Source: Savitreella phatthalungensis (Eukaryota). From it: a DNA stretch of 64,000 bases. Shown here in pieces: positions 50,370-61,902 of the stretch. The notes beneath the pieces are model-generated. The model was not told the origin of the DNA. It did no database searches and worked only from the letters and a program-made list of their open reading frames with translations. Positions within the stretch are counted from its first letter, which is position 1. Every line of letters starts with the position of its first letter. Both the position numbers and the translations under genes were made by a program. The DNA lies in assembly GCA_051599415.1 (NCBI GenBank), contig AP039708.1:1-64000 (forward strand). The letters run 5' to 3'.

Positions 50370-52883
50370 TCAAATGACCGGTCTTGGCCGCGTATGGCTG
50401 ACATTAGGCGTTGACGTGCGCTCCGGCGTTGCTGATTCGTCGACGGTGTTACCTGCAGGTCGGTGGAAGACATTTTTTTGTAATTCAAGTAGACGTGCTT
50501 TCAAGGCCGATCCATCTGCCATTGCTTGCGCATCCTCGAGCATTTTGGCTTCCTCAGCATCTGCCAGCTCGCCAGGAGACGGCTGCTGGGAGGGCGACGC
50601 GGTGGCAGATGCAGAAGCAGAGCGCAAGATTGACAAACGCCTCGACATTTGCGTCGACAGTTTCATCATCTCACCTTCTTCCACTTCGAGCTGTCTCGAC
50701 CGCTTGTTGACGCCATCGGCGTGGTGACGCGGCATTCCTGGTGCAGGCTTGCGACCGGAATGCTCGAAGATTGCTCCATGGTTGGCGGAATCAACATCGT
50801 CCTCGTCGATCGGAGTAGGTTCGGGCTCTGGCAGCTTCCACTCCGGGTAAACAGCCTCGACACGCATGATGACGTCGTCAAGTGTCTCTGCGACGAGTTG
50901 TAATCGCCGACGTTGCATCTCTTCCTCGTGGTGCTCTGCAAGAGCAGGCTCGATCGAGGCGCGGATATGCCGTGCCCGATCCAGGAGTTCCTTCGGGACT
51001 CCTTCAGGATCGTTTTCGAAGTCTGGTAGACTCTCCAGAATGTGTCCGAGGGCACTGACGACGCCTGCTGCGCCGCCCTCGAGCTCGGTAGTCCGCGTGA
51101 CATTTGTCGCTTGTTGTCGGGAGGTCATAGCCTCATGCTGCTTCTTTACATTATCGTATGTGTCTGTATCAATGAGCCCGACCGATGCTTCTTGCCGCTC
51201 CATGTTGAGCAGCAGCTTTGCCAATATCCGAACAGCGAGCTTTTCTGCCACTGGCTGGGACGGAATCTCGAGATCCACACTGATGAGGGTGCTGCTGACC
51301 TGAACCAGTGCAAGCAAGGCAGAGCCCGAGCTGACGTCCATTTCTGCACCAGCAAGTCCGAGTTGAGTGATCTTCGTGCGAGCGAGTGCTTCGCAAAGAA
51401 CGACGACGTCGTTCGGGCCAAGCTGACCATGTCCGAGTCCGAGACGACGAAGAATCTTGAGGCGCGGCAGGATTTTACAGAGTGTGGGAACGAGTGGTCG
51501 AATGTCGTGCCCCGTTATATCAAGGGCACGGAAGTTTGGCAGGTCGGGTAAGCGCTCAAGGATCTCCTTGAGGGTGTCGATTTGTATCTTGCAATCGACG
51601 AATTGCAGACTGATGAGCTCGATACCTGGCTTAAGAGCGTCAACGAGTGGCTTGAGCGAGCCTGCTCCAAGGTAGTTGCCGGAGACATCGAGCTGTTTGA
51701 GACCATGTTCGCCAGGAAGAAGCTCTGCGAGAAGACTAACGGATTCCGCATCCAGTTGAGCATTCCGTAGGCAGATTGAGCTGATCGGATGCCGCTTCAG
51801 AGCTGCAACGATCTGACCTACCTGATCATGCGAGATCGTCGCACCACTCAGGTTGAGCTCACGCAGCTCGTGCGCTTCGATCTTGTTATCCGGAGCGTTG
51901 TGCAGGATATCGGTGAGCAGCTTGATCGGATAGCCTGAAAGTTCTGGACCTGCAAGCTTGAGCTCGAGTAATTGGGAGGAAAGACATACGAAGCATGCTA
52001 CAGACTCCATGCCGGCTCGACCAAGGCCGTGGCAATCTGCGATCTGGAGGACTTCGATTCTTGCCGAGGTGTAAAGACAGCTGAGGAGCAACTGTATGAT
52101 GTGGTCGTCGAGGTGACAGTTGCGAATGGCGAACCTATTGAGGTGCTTGCCAGTAATTGGCAGGCCCAGTGTGTCTGCCAGAGCGACTGCGCCAGGCCAA
52201 TCGAGGGTCATGTTCTGCAGGACCAGCTGACGAGGACCTTCGTAGGCTTGCCCTGTGGGTCCCTTTGCCCTGAGTTGCCGTGCAATATCGTCATTTGGCT
52301 GTGTCTTGTAGACCCGGCAGCATTGAAGGTAGAGATCTGCCCGATCTAGCGGAGTCGTGTCAGCGTAAGGCGAAATGGTCTGCATGTCTTTGACCGTCGT
52401 CCCCGGCTGTCCATCGTCAACACCGGGCTCTCGCACAGGCTCGTCCGCCTCAACTTGCTGGTAGACGCGAAGCTCAACGAGCTCATCCAGCTGGAAGCAC
52501 ACTCTGCGAAGGGTTGTATGCTGGAGCTCTGGCACGTCCGGTCGTTTGCGTTTCTGATTCTTGTTCAAGGTCATGCGCGGAGCAATAGATCCCTCGCCCG
52601 CGGAGTCTCTCGAGCTGGCATCACTGTCGCGGCGATCGGACTTATTACCTGTCGAGAGACGTCGTAGAGCGCTTCCGAAGAATCCGCTACCGGACTTCTT
52701 GCCTTGAGCTTGATTTTCCTCCTTTGCAATAGCTTTGTCCTCCGCGGCTGCTAGCTTGGCCTCTCGCTGTTTGACTTGTGTGAACCATCTGCTCTTTCGA
52801 ACTGGCGGTTTTGGCATGTCAAGATCGGTGTCATTGGATACAGTGCTATTGCTGCTTCGGGTTGGGGTTAGCGAAATATTCAT
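50370..52883 (-). CDS. RNI-like leucine-rich repeat protein, Mhp1/Gip3-like
   Basis: 837 aa; LRRVCF (RVxF-like) motif, LYLQCC, multiple RNI-type LRRs (LKQLDVSGN), LLLNMERQ. Confidence 0.72.
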   Translation of the reverse strand: MNISLTPTRSSNSTVSNDTDLDMPKPPVRKSRWFTQVKQREAKLAAAEDKAIAKEENQAQGKKSGSGFFGSALRRLSTGNKSDRRDSDASSRDSAGEGSIAPRMTLNKNQKRKRPDVPELQHTTLRRVCFQLDELVELRVYQQVEADEPVREPGVDDGQPGTTVKDMQTISPYADTTPLDRADLYLQCCRVYKTQPNDDIARQLRAKGPTGQAYEGPRQLVLQNMTLDWPGAVALADTLGLPITGKHLNRFAIRNCHLDDHIIQLLLSCLYTSARIEVLQIADCHGLGRAGMESVACFVCLSSQLLELKLAGPELSGYPIKLLTDILHNAPDNKIEAHELRELNLSGATISHDQVGQIVAALKRHPISSICLRNAQLDAESVSLLAELLPGEHGLKQLDVSGNYLGAGSLKPLVDALKPGIELISLQFVDCKIQIDTLKEILERLPDLPNFRALDITGHDIRPLVPTLCKILPRLKILRRLGLGHGQLGPNDVVVLCEALARTKITQLGLAGAEMDVSSGSALLALVQVSSTLISVDLEIPSQPVAEKLAVRILAKLLLNMERQEASVGLIDTDTYDNVKKQHEAMTSRQQATNVTRTTELEGGAAGVVSALGHILESLPDFENDPEGVPKELLDRARHIRASIEPALAEHHEEEMQRRRLQLVAETLDDVIMRVEAVYPEWKLPEPEPTPIDEDDVDSANHGAIFEHSGRKPAPGMPRHHADGVNKRSRQLEVEEGEMMKLSTQMSRRLSILRSASASATASPSQQPSPGELADAEEAKMLEDAQAMADGSALKARLLELQKNVFHRPAGNTVDESATPERTSTPNVSHTRPRPVI

Positions 52884-53587
52884 CGTGACTGCGGCGATTG
52901 CTCAGGTATGTGTGAGGAAGATATAAGTGGAACTGATAGCGCGGCTCAGACTACCAAGAGCGATGATGTTCTTCCGAACAGGAGTACGAAACGTCGATGA
53001 GGTAGAAGCGCGAAAAGAGAGAGGATTAGAGGGTTATGCTGCTGAGGGAACGGCCGACTGTTACAGCCTTCGGGTATGTGTCCTTTCTTTCGCTTAATTG
53101 GACCTCCTCTCCTCTCCGGTGCACTGCGTTAGAGGCAAGTGCTATCTGTCTGTCGCACGAGCGGTTGCAAATGTAGGCAAAGTCGATTCGCGAGCTGGAA
53201 CTTCAGGCCGGTCCGCGCTGTACTATGCACAAGGTCCTGATCACAAGCTTCAAGATCTGTTCTCCGTGACCGTGACCGAGAACAAGATCGTTATCGACGG
53301 CGTAATGACGAACGATGCAAGCTTGAATTGCCAAGGCTCTTTTCTGTGGAAGGTAGGGAGAGAAGGAGGGAAAGATCAAGGGAGACGAAGTGGAGAAAGG
53401 TGCGCAAGCTATGGCAGAAGTACAGTGGAGGTCGAGGTCCTATGTTCGACGTATGGATTAATGGATCTGGTTGGGACAGTATGGGGGAGGACTGGGGTAA
53501 GGCTGCTTGCTTGCTCTGTCAAGGCGAGGAAATGCAAAGCGAGAGAGACTGGAGCATATAGGTACGTACGGTCTGTGGAATTCCAGA

Positions 53588-53678
53588 AGTAGCAGTGGCA
53601 GCAGCAGCAGCAGTAGCGGTAGTAGCAGTAGCAGTAGCAGCAGGAGTTGTCCCAGTAGTAGCAGTACGAGCAATAGCA
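53588..53678. repeat. (GCA/GTA)n trinucleotide microsatellite
   Basis: Direct inspection. Confidence 0.85.
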
Positions 53679-54911
53679 GGAGTAGGAGAAAGCAATCACA
53701 AGAACCAGATCGAGATCTAAATCTCGGTAGAGTTCGGTAGTGCTCGGCCACCAATAGATTGAAATGCTAGAAGGATAAAAGTCAAAAGCAAGCGACAGTG
53801 ACGAGGAAAGTAGAAGCAGAAGCCCACGAAGCTAGCTCTATGACACAGATTGATACTCTGTTACGAATGATGAATAGGCTTGGTGAAAATTAAGACTGCT
53901 GATGAAGGTGAAGATGATCAGGGCCAGGCGTCCATATCCTCGTTACGCAACTTTGGCCTTACCAGAGCTGATAATATTCCAAGGCTTTTGACACCGAGTA
54001 TCGCAGTATCTTATTTTCGAGCAGATTGTGATTGGGGTCGTCTCTAGTCCGTGTAGACTATACAGAGTATGTTGACCAATTCCAGAGACCAGGAAAAAAC
54101 GTCCCGGTTCAAATCGATATTGAATTTTAATTGGCTAGAATCACATCAGACTTCCGAAAGGCTTTTGAGAAAGTACCCTACTAACCAGCCTGAGGCAAGA
54201 CAGTGGTGATGACGCTTCGTCTTACTCCCAACTGGGCCCAGACTTGATGGAGAATCTGTAAATGATCGAATCGAGTGAGTTTTAATATCAATATGAAACT
54301 CATATATCAATTGACCTTATTGCCATCCATGGCTTTTGACTGCAAACTTCAAAAAGGCAGCTGCTCTCCTTACCTTTTCTCATTTGTTGCAATCAAAATT
54401 AGTTGAACGGCGATTGGTTAGTATCCTACCACTACCAAAATGGTGTCAAAGTATGAAAGTCTGGAAGACCAAATGAGTTTAAGCATTCCGATCACAAGGC
54501 GCTGGCTATTGTTCCACTGTCACAGTAGTAGTCAGCTCCACGATTGTAGCCCTCCAGACGTCACTGCATCAATTGTCTTGTTCAGCTTGCTGCTTGCCTT
54601 CCACCAGTCTGCATACAGAATATGCAAGCTGACGGATTCCGACAAGGTGAAACCTCCCGAAGTCGAGATGCAGCCCTCTTCTAGCATCCAGATTTTTCCT
54701 GATTCGATGTAGATCGAGATCAGGTCGTTGTCACGGGACATTTCAAGGTCGATGGAATGTGCTCGGGATGACGAGTCTCACGTGGAAAGCTTGACGCCGT
54801 CCTCGGGATCTCGCACCATGTTGATCGAGTGACTTGTTATAAGTCAAACCACACAGGGGGTGTGGACAAATGCAAGAGCAAGATATCTCCTTGGACAGAA
54901 GTAACTCGCTC

Positions 54912-57900
54912 TCACACGTCCATAGCAAGTGGTCTCGCCTTGTAGTCGTCCCCTCCGCCGTATCTAATCCAGTCAGCTTGGACAGCGCTGAAGGACGCGG
55001 GCATGGCCGGTGAAGGACCGTGATAGAATCCGAGTTGGGGTGGTTGCTCGATGCCGTTTGCGCCGGCTGGAACGCTTCCATTGTAGACTCCTGCAGCTGC
55101 TGTTGTTGCTCCTCCGTCCTCAGGGTAGATCGGTGCTCCATAGGCATCCCGCAACGGCGGACGCGACCCGTACAAGTCATCTCCAGCCGTCAGACCGACA
55201 CCGACAGGACCACCGCCTCGAGCATCAAATCCTGGTCCACCGCGACGCCCGTACATGCCCGACGCAGGCTCAGCCGGGGCTCTGTAGGCGTGACGGGGCT
55301 TCGAGAGCTGCGTGTTGGATTTGTAGAGGTTGCCGAGAGCTCCTTCGACTAGGACGTCGTTGTCCTTGTAGTGGCTAAGGAGGAAATGCCAAAGCGGATT
55401 GCGTGAGAGCACGCGTGGATTTCCAAGGATTACAAGTCCATACTTGGCACGCGTGAGGGCGACGTTCAAACGGCGCGGATCACTCAGGAAACCAATACCC
55501 TGGTGCTCGTTGCTTCGAACGCAGCTCAAGATGATGTAGTCCTTCTCTCTGCCTTGGAAAGCGTCGACGCTGGCCACCTCGATGTCTTTGTACAGCTCCT
55601 TGCGCATCAGCGTGCCGTTCTGCTGCATATACGACAGAATGTAAGCTCGCTGGCCCTCGTACGGCGTGATGATGCCAATCTTGTCTGGCGATACTTTCGA
55701 CTTGAAGAATCTCGTCACAATCTTCTCGACGTTGGCTGCCTCTGTGCGGTTCAAGTAACTTGTGCCGGAAGATGAGATCTCCTCCTGACCAAAGTTGCCA
55801 AAGAACATGATGGGAGCGTCGATGCGAGGCCAGGGAAAGTCGGAGGTTGTGCGCTGACGTTCGGCTGCAGTCACACCATTCTGCAGCATGCCGTCGTAGA
55901 ACATGTTTGACGGAAACTCCGACATGGCCGGATGCATGCGGTACTGGATCTCGAGACGGATCGGTGCAAGACCGAGGACAACGAGTCGCTCGAAAAGGGA
56001 CTGGCTGAGTCCTGCGTTTGCAGCCTTCTTGTTCATGATGACTGGCGGCAATTGCTGATGGTCACCGACGAGGACTGCCTGCTTGCAGCCTAGGACGAGC
56101 GGAATCATGCATTCGGGCTCGGTAGCCTGTGTCGCTTCGTCAATCAGAACAGTTCTGAACTTCAACTTGGCCAGACGCGGGTCTCCGCAGCCAACGCAAG
56201 TCGCGCAGACAACATCTGCATTCAAGAGCAGCTCACGCTCTGCTTGTCGTGTCAGGTTCCGGAGCTTCTTGTCGTCTGATGCATTCAGTTCTCCAAGTTC
56301 TCCCTTCAACTGCATCAGCTTACGCAATTCGACATTGGCAGGATTGTTGCGGACTTGTTGGTGGAGTGCGAGGAAGCTGACACTCGAATCGAGGTCCTCG
56401 CGCGACTTCGCAGACACTCTGACCACCTTGAGCCCTGTGAGATGGATCTTGTACGCAAGTTGATCAACGGCGACGTTCGAGGGGGCAGCCACGAGGACCT
56501 GGCCGCTGTTAATCTGCGAGAGGTGGTAGATGATCGATGCTGAAGTGACAGTCTTGCCGGTACCAGGCGGACCCTGGATCAGGGAGAGAGGCTTCTGAAG
56601 GACGCTTTCAACCGCTTGTGCTTGGGAGGCGTTCAACTCCGGCAAATTCGGGACTGACACGCGCTTCGGCAGACTTGCCTTGAGCGTGAGTGGCGCAACA
56701 TCATGACCGAGCAGCTTGTGGTAGATATAGCCAGAGACGGATTGCTCGTTGATTGCGAAAGACTTCATGGCGAGCTGCATGCGATCGAAGCTAGTCGACT
56801 TCCACACGTAGTCGACGCTGAAGTTGTGCGTGCAATCCGTCGGCGGACGGTCGGTCTTCTTGATTTCCAGGCCAACCTCATCAGAAAGCGCACCTGGGAG
56901 ACGAACGACAAAGCCAACGCCTTCCCAGGCGGCGCGGAGTTCACCGTGGTACCGCAAACGGAGCTCATCGCCGACAGCTAGCTTGACATCGCCAATCTCA
57001 AGTTTTGGCAGGTAGAACCATGCGACGTGCCGCTGGTTCAGGGCGACGTCCCAACGAACGACAATCCCTTCCTGGCTCTGTGCCTCTTTCATCTTCTTAT
57101 CGTAGTCTGCCTCCATCTTGACGAGCGGCCCAAAGATGTTCTGATACTGATAGGCATCGTCGTACTTGAGCAAGACTGGCGTGACGTCGTCCTCGATGCC
57201 CGGCTTTTCGACATCCGTCAGTGTCGCGTTTGCGTTTTCACGCCACAGTTCCTCGAGCTTGTTGATCTGGTGAGCACTGATCTGTCGAGCACGCATAGTC
57301 TCGTTGTCGCTCGGCACGGTGACGAGCCACGGGAGTAGCGACCTGTCGTCGATCAGCGGCTGCCAGTGTGAAGTGTCGAACTCGACATTGCGTGCAGCAC
57401 CGGCCTGACTGGCGCATGGCTGCCTGCAGAGCAGCACGACGACGGCATCGCTTTTTGCCGGGATAAATCCCAGGAGGAAGACGTTACGAATGCCGCAGTT
57501 ATAGCACTCAAGCACCGTCTCGCCCATGGGAGATTGCGCGTGAAGTACGATCTCCTTGTGTCGGGAACGGACGAGGTGGGTGACGATGTGGGCTGCAGAG
57601 GTGTTTCCGCGACCGTTGCAGAACCACTTGTTGCAGATCAGACACTTGACGACACTGTGCGGGTTGTGAATACCGCAGTATCCGCACGCGTGCGCGGGCA
57701 GGTCTTCTTGCTGCTGCTCGAGGATTCCGTCGTGAGCGTGCTGGAGCGCATCGCCGAGCAGACCGTCTTCGTCCGCCCCGTCCTCTCCATCGATCGCCCC
57801 ATCACCGAGCCGCAACGACTTCAAGGAAAGCTCACCGACATCGCCAGGGCCACCAAATTGCGACTGGTAGTTGGTCGACTCGGTCAAAGCGATCGAGGCA

Positions 57901-57917
57901 GTCTCGTCATCGGACAT
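54912..57917 (-). CDS. UPF1: Nonsense-mediated decay RNA helicase Upf1
   Basis: CH domain (HACGYCG..KWFCN..LECYNCG), [44 protein letters not shown]. The extreme C-terminus is uncertain. Confidence 0.97.
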   Translation of the reverse strand: MSDDETASIALTESTNYQSQFGGPGDVGELSLKSLRLGDGAIDGEDGADEDGLLGDALQHAHDGILEQQQEDLPAHACGYCGIHNPHSVVKCLICNKWFCNGRGNTSAAHIVTHLVRSRHKEIVLHAQSPMGETVLECYNCGIRNVFLLGFIPAKSDAVVVLLCRQPCASQAGAARNVEFDTSHWQPLIDDRSLLPWLVTVPSDNETMRARQISAHQINKLEELWRENANATLTDVEKPGIEDDVTPVLLKYDDAYQYQNIFGPLVKMEADYDKKMKEAQSQEGIVVRWDVALNQRHVAWFYLPKLEIGDVKLAVGDELRLRYHGELRAAWEGVGFVVRLPGALSDEVGLEIKKTDRPPTDCTHNFSVDYVWKSTSFDRMQLAMKSFAINEQSVSGYIYHKLLGHDVAPLTLKASLPKRVSVPNLPELNASQAQAVESVLQKPLSLIQGPPGTGKTVTSASIIYHLSQINSGQVLVAAPSNVAVDQLAYKIHLTGLKVVRVSAKSREDLDSSVSFLALHQQVRNNPANVELRKLMQLKGELGELNASDDKKLRNLTRQAERELLLNADVVCATCVGCGDPRLAKLKFRTVLIDEATQATEPECMIPLVLGCKQAVLVGDHQQLPPVIMNKKAANAGLSQSLFERLVVLGLAPIRLEIQYRMHPAMSEFPSNMFYDGMLQNGVTAAERQRTTSDFPWPRIDAPIMFFGNFGQEEISSSGTSYLNRTEAANVEKIVTRFFKSKVSPDKIGIITPYEGQRAYILSYMQQNGTLMRKELYKDIEVASVDAFQGREKDYIILSCVRSNEHQGIGFLSDPRRLNVALTRAKYGLVILGNPRVLSRNPLWHFLLSHYKDNDVLVEGALGNLYKSNTQLSKPRHAYRAPAEPASGMYGRRGGPGFDARGGGPVGVGLTAGDDLYGSRPPLRDAYGAPIYPEDGGATTAAAGVYNGSVPAGANGIEQPPQLGFYHGPSPAMPASFSAVQADWIRYGGGDDYKARPLAMDV

Positions 57918-58190
57918 GCCTCGCTAGTGTCTCTGTCGACAAGACGCTCGCACGACGCTCCGGAAATTTTAAAGACAAAATAAATTGCAGTAGATATGCG
58001 CGCCTGATCGTTGTTTATTGAACCACGGTGTATAAGGACACGCCGCGCCACGCTTGTCTAGTCAAGTGCACAGAAATCTGGGCAACAGACTAAAATCACG
58101 CTTGCGGAATCGAGATGAGAACGGATGCTTTGAACAGTTTGGGACACTGACGGCGCAAAGTCAAAGGAGGACACTATGATCATGCTGTAA

Positions 58191-59573
58191 TTAGAGGGTC
58201 AGTCCGACGGCGAGGGCCACCGAAGATACGATGACTGCCACAAGGGAGGAGAGACCGAGCTCACGGACTGGACCAGCTGCTGCGGAGCGGGAGGATGAGG
58301 CTGATGCCGTCGCGCTCGTCCTTGAAGAAGAGATGCTGCGGCTGACAGCAGAGGGTGATACCGCAGGAACTGCGTTGGCTCCGGCCTGCTGGGAGTTGGT
58401 CGAGTCGCCGAGGGGCTGTCCTGCACCGTTCTTGATGTAAGCAGCAGCGCCTGCAGGCTGGGCAGGAAGGACGTCCTCCGCCCAGACGCCAGAGAAGTCG
58501 CTCGAGTTTCCAGGGCAGACGCTTGCTGGCAAGCCAGTCTTGTAGCCGTTTGAGCCGCTCGGATTGTTGGCAGCGAACTGCTTCTGAAGAGTGTTGAAGT
58601 CTGTCAGCTTCTGCACACTACCGCTGGAAACGTCGACGACACCGTAGTTGGACGGCTCCTGGGTGTATTCGTAGACAAGACCACCGCTGAAGACAGGAGT
58701 CATCTGCGATCCGTACAGTGCGTTGATCTCGGTGAAAGGACGTGGTGTGACCTGGTTGCAGCCAAACTCGGAGAAGAAGATCGGAATGGAATAGTTGCTG
58801 AGAGCTGCTGTCAGGGTGTCGTAGCCGGAGCTCTGATAGGTTGCATCGCCGCACCACTCGTAGACGTTGATGGCGTACATGTCTGCACGGGTGTTGTTGG
58901 CACCGCAGTTGAGATATTCTCCGAGCGGCACACGGCTGCCGATGATATCTGCTGCAGAGTATCCGACAGGAATGAAGCGAGATGACTGAGCGGCAATATA
59001 TTGCTTCAAGTCGCGGATAGTCGCCTTGATCCATGGAGACGTGGCGGTGGTGAGATTGTCATTGACGACCTCGTTACTGGAGAAGAAACCAAGTGTATTC
59101 GGGTAACCCTTGAAGGTGTCGACGGTGGCGAAGATGTGCTGAAGGAAGACGGCGTTATAAGAGGATGCTGCGTCAAATCTGTTGAGGGAGTTCTTGGCTG
59201 TTGAGACGTCGAGGACGAGGTAGATGCCAGCCTTCTGGAGAAGCTGCATACAGTAGTCGTGGTTTGCAGAATTGTCTACCTGGTATACACGAATCGTGTT
59301 GATGCCGAGCTGCTGGAAGTAGGGGATATCGCGGTCGCATGTCGACTGAGATGCGAGCGGGTCCTGTGTGCCGGAGCTGCCTCCTGGCTGATACGCGATG
59401 CCCTTGATGTAGAATCTGTCGTTACCACGGAAGAACGCATTGCCCTTGATGGTGATTGGCACTGTGGCCTGAGCGGCAGCTGCAGTGACGGCTGTTGCGG
59501 CGCCTGTGGCGACTGCTGCGCTTGAGGATGCAGCTAGAGCTACGCCTGCGCTGAAAAGGGCGTTAAACAGCAT
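58191..59573 (-). CDS. GH72 1,3-beta-glucanosyltransferase (Gas/Gel, no X8 domain), GPI-anchored
   Basis: Signal peptide from ATG 59573; KGIAYQP, INTIRVY, SNEV, YEWCG, FFSEFGCN, FSGGLVYEY; Ser-rich stalk and hydrophobic C-terminus. Confidence 0.94.
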   Translation of the reverse strand: MLFNALFSAGVALAASSSAAVATGAATAVTAAAAQATVPITIKGNAFFRGNDRFYIKGIAYQPGGSSGTQDPLASQSTCDRDIPYFQQLGINTIRVYQVDNSANHDYCMQLLQKAGIYLVLDVSTAKNSLNRFDAASSYNAVFLQHIFATVDTFKGYPNTLGFFSSNEVVNDNLTTATSPWIKATIRDLKQYIAAQSSRFIPVGYSAADIIGSRVPLGEYLNCGANNTRADMYAINVYEWCGDATYQSSGYDTLTAALSNYSIPIFFSEFGCNQVTPRPFTEINALYGSQMTPVFSGGLVYEYTQEPSNYGVVDVSSGSVQKLTDFNTLQKQFAANNPSGSNGYKTGLPASVCPGNSSDFSGVWAEDVLPAQPAGAAAYIKNGAGQPLGDSTNSQQAGANAVPAVSPSAVSRSISSSRTSATASASSSRSAAAGPVRELGLSSLVAVIVSSVALAVGLTL

Positions 59574-61902
59574 AATGAGTGTGAACGCGTAAGGAGTGTG
59601 AGGATGTGAGTATGAAAGCTGGTGTCCTTGTTTTCGTTTCGTACAAGTAGTCTTTAGGGCACGGTCAGGTGTGACGCAGGGAGTGAAGGGTGTGTTACGG
59701 TGAGTGTACAATGGACGCGGACGTAGACGTGGATGCTGCAGTCCAGAGCTTGTCAGGAATCTGGACGTGAGTAGTAAAGATGATTCAATCTCCGAGTTAG
59801 CCTGATTGTGGACATTGGTGATGTACGTGGATAGGTTGTGACCTCAGATCAGAGAGCAGTGCAGAGTAGAATCCACTGAACTGTAGTAAATTTTCCCCCT
59901 GAATGGATTTAGGATTCACAGGAGGATCACCGTCTAAAGCCATTCTACTGTGAAATTTCCCCCTGTGTTGTTTCTTCAGTGTTTACCCGACTATTCCTCT
60001 ACCCATCCAGATAAAGTCCTATCAAATTGGGTCAAATTGAGAGGTGGTATTCCGTGTAGATGGTGCTATAGCTACGGTTACCTGATTTGCTCACCGTGCT
60101 AATAATAGCTTTCTCTGGCTTTGGCTTCAATAACTTTACTCCCTATTCTCCTTGGAATTTTTGGCTGCTGTTGATGTTTGAGTTGAGCAAGGCGGATTCG
60201 AAGGTAAATTTATTTTCCCTCGTCTTCAAAACTCAGTCGGATTTCCCGCTCTCTTGTCAGATTGAATACACGAGTGTAAACAAAATCAGTCAAGTCAAAA
60301 CGCTGCCGCCGACCATACTTTTATTGTTCTCTCTTGTCAGATTGCACACATTCGAAACGACGAATAAGTTTTCTTTGGTAAGCGTGCGCACGCGCTTATG
60401 CCACTCTGGCCGGCATGACTATCATGATAGGATTTCTATTTTTGGGTGTTGTACAAGCACCTACGAGCTGCATACGAATATGCAAAGGTAGCACAGGATC
60501 AGGGACTAGTTGGATAGTGGGAGTCGTAGCCTAACACTCAAGTCAGTGGGAGACTCTCAAGGTGACGGGATGCAGGACTGGAAGATGAACCAAGTTTGCG
60601 GACACATGCACAAAATCAATGCTCCGTCCGATTGTTTTGAGGAGCTTAATAGGATGCATGATTCGAAAGTAGGACTGATCGTCTCATAGCTCCTGTTCAA
60701 CTTCTCCATCTTTGTTCGACTGGCTTTCATCTGAACAAATCACCTGAGGTGATTCTCTCCGACTCACACGTGACTGGCAGCACACCATCACTCTGTAGAC
60801 ACGGCGATTTGTTCAAGTACGCTCATGGTCAGATCAGCGAGATAAAGCCAAAAAGATCCTCCTTGATGATGTCACCTACAGTGTCTCTGATCAGCAGATG
60901 ACCGAGTGAGATGTTCTTACTCGGACAAGCATCAGACGATAGCAAGATGTGCATATGCGCCAAACTTTTGCCTCTGACAATCGATCTAAGTTGCGTTGTT
61001 CTTTGTCGATCCCTGTTGTTATCGCGAATTCGGCTGTATGAAAGTCTATGCAGAACCGCTACGCTGCTTGCCCTCGCCGTCCTTGACGAGTTTCTGCCCT
61101 GGGATGAGAAGTGGGTTGAAATGCCTGTTGCATTCGGAGTAGCTCTGTCCTAGACCGAATCCGAGTCCTGTAAACACTGGCCATGGTCGACCTTGATCAT
61201 CAAAATGCTATGTCAGTATTCCAGCTCTCTCGATCTTTCAGCTCACAATGTCGGAGCACTCACGTCTGAAAAGCACCACGCTTGCAATCACACCAGCTCC
61301 AAATCCGATTCCACCTTTCACGATCGCATTTGACAAGCACAAGTCCCACTGCGAACCAGACAGTCAGTCTCTCTCGCTCTCTCTCCTTCTTCCTCTTGTC
61401 GTAACCTCTTTTGTCATCTCTTGGAATTGCAAGAATGTCCAATCGGGCCAGGGATACATACCTTGTCGCTAATCAAATCTTCGCTAGCCATGATCTGAGT
61501 GTATAGATGCTCTATCGATGGCACGGAGGACCTGTTTTTTTCGGACTTCCGCCAGACGATGTCCATGCAGGCGGCGAGTGACGTGCTTGGTTGGACGTCC
61601 TCTCTCTCTCTCGCGCGCGCGCGCCCGCGCGACATGACCCGAGCTGCACTGCAGGTGGAGGAGGAAAATTCGGAGAGCACGACAGCAAGCAATCCAGCTA
61701 GAATCGATCGATGTGGGCAATCAAAATTTCAGATTTGCCCTTTCGGTCTGACTCCATCAGAATGCATCACAGACATCAATCGATTCGAAAATTTCAAAGT
61801 TCAGCGTGAGCCACAATGTGGCAATCAATTAATCTACACGACATCGTCTTCTAGCTTGACTTGGCGGACCGTGGGCCTTGAGCTCAAGCTAAGGTCTGCT
61901 GC

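Noticed and set aside
53867..53972. Box C/D snoRNA candidate (ATGATGA ... CTGA ... CTGA)
   Set aside because: No convincing terminal stem and no rRNA-complementary guide that I could recognise.
54106..54116. Isolated B-box-like GGTTCAAATCG
   Set aside because: No A box, cloverleaf or terminator context.
61601..61631. (TC)n-(CG)n tract with Z-DNA potential
   Set aside because: Short simple repeat in an intergenic or 3' region with no further support.
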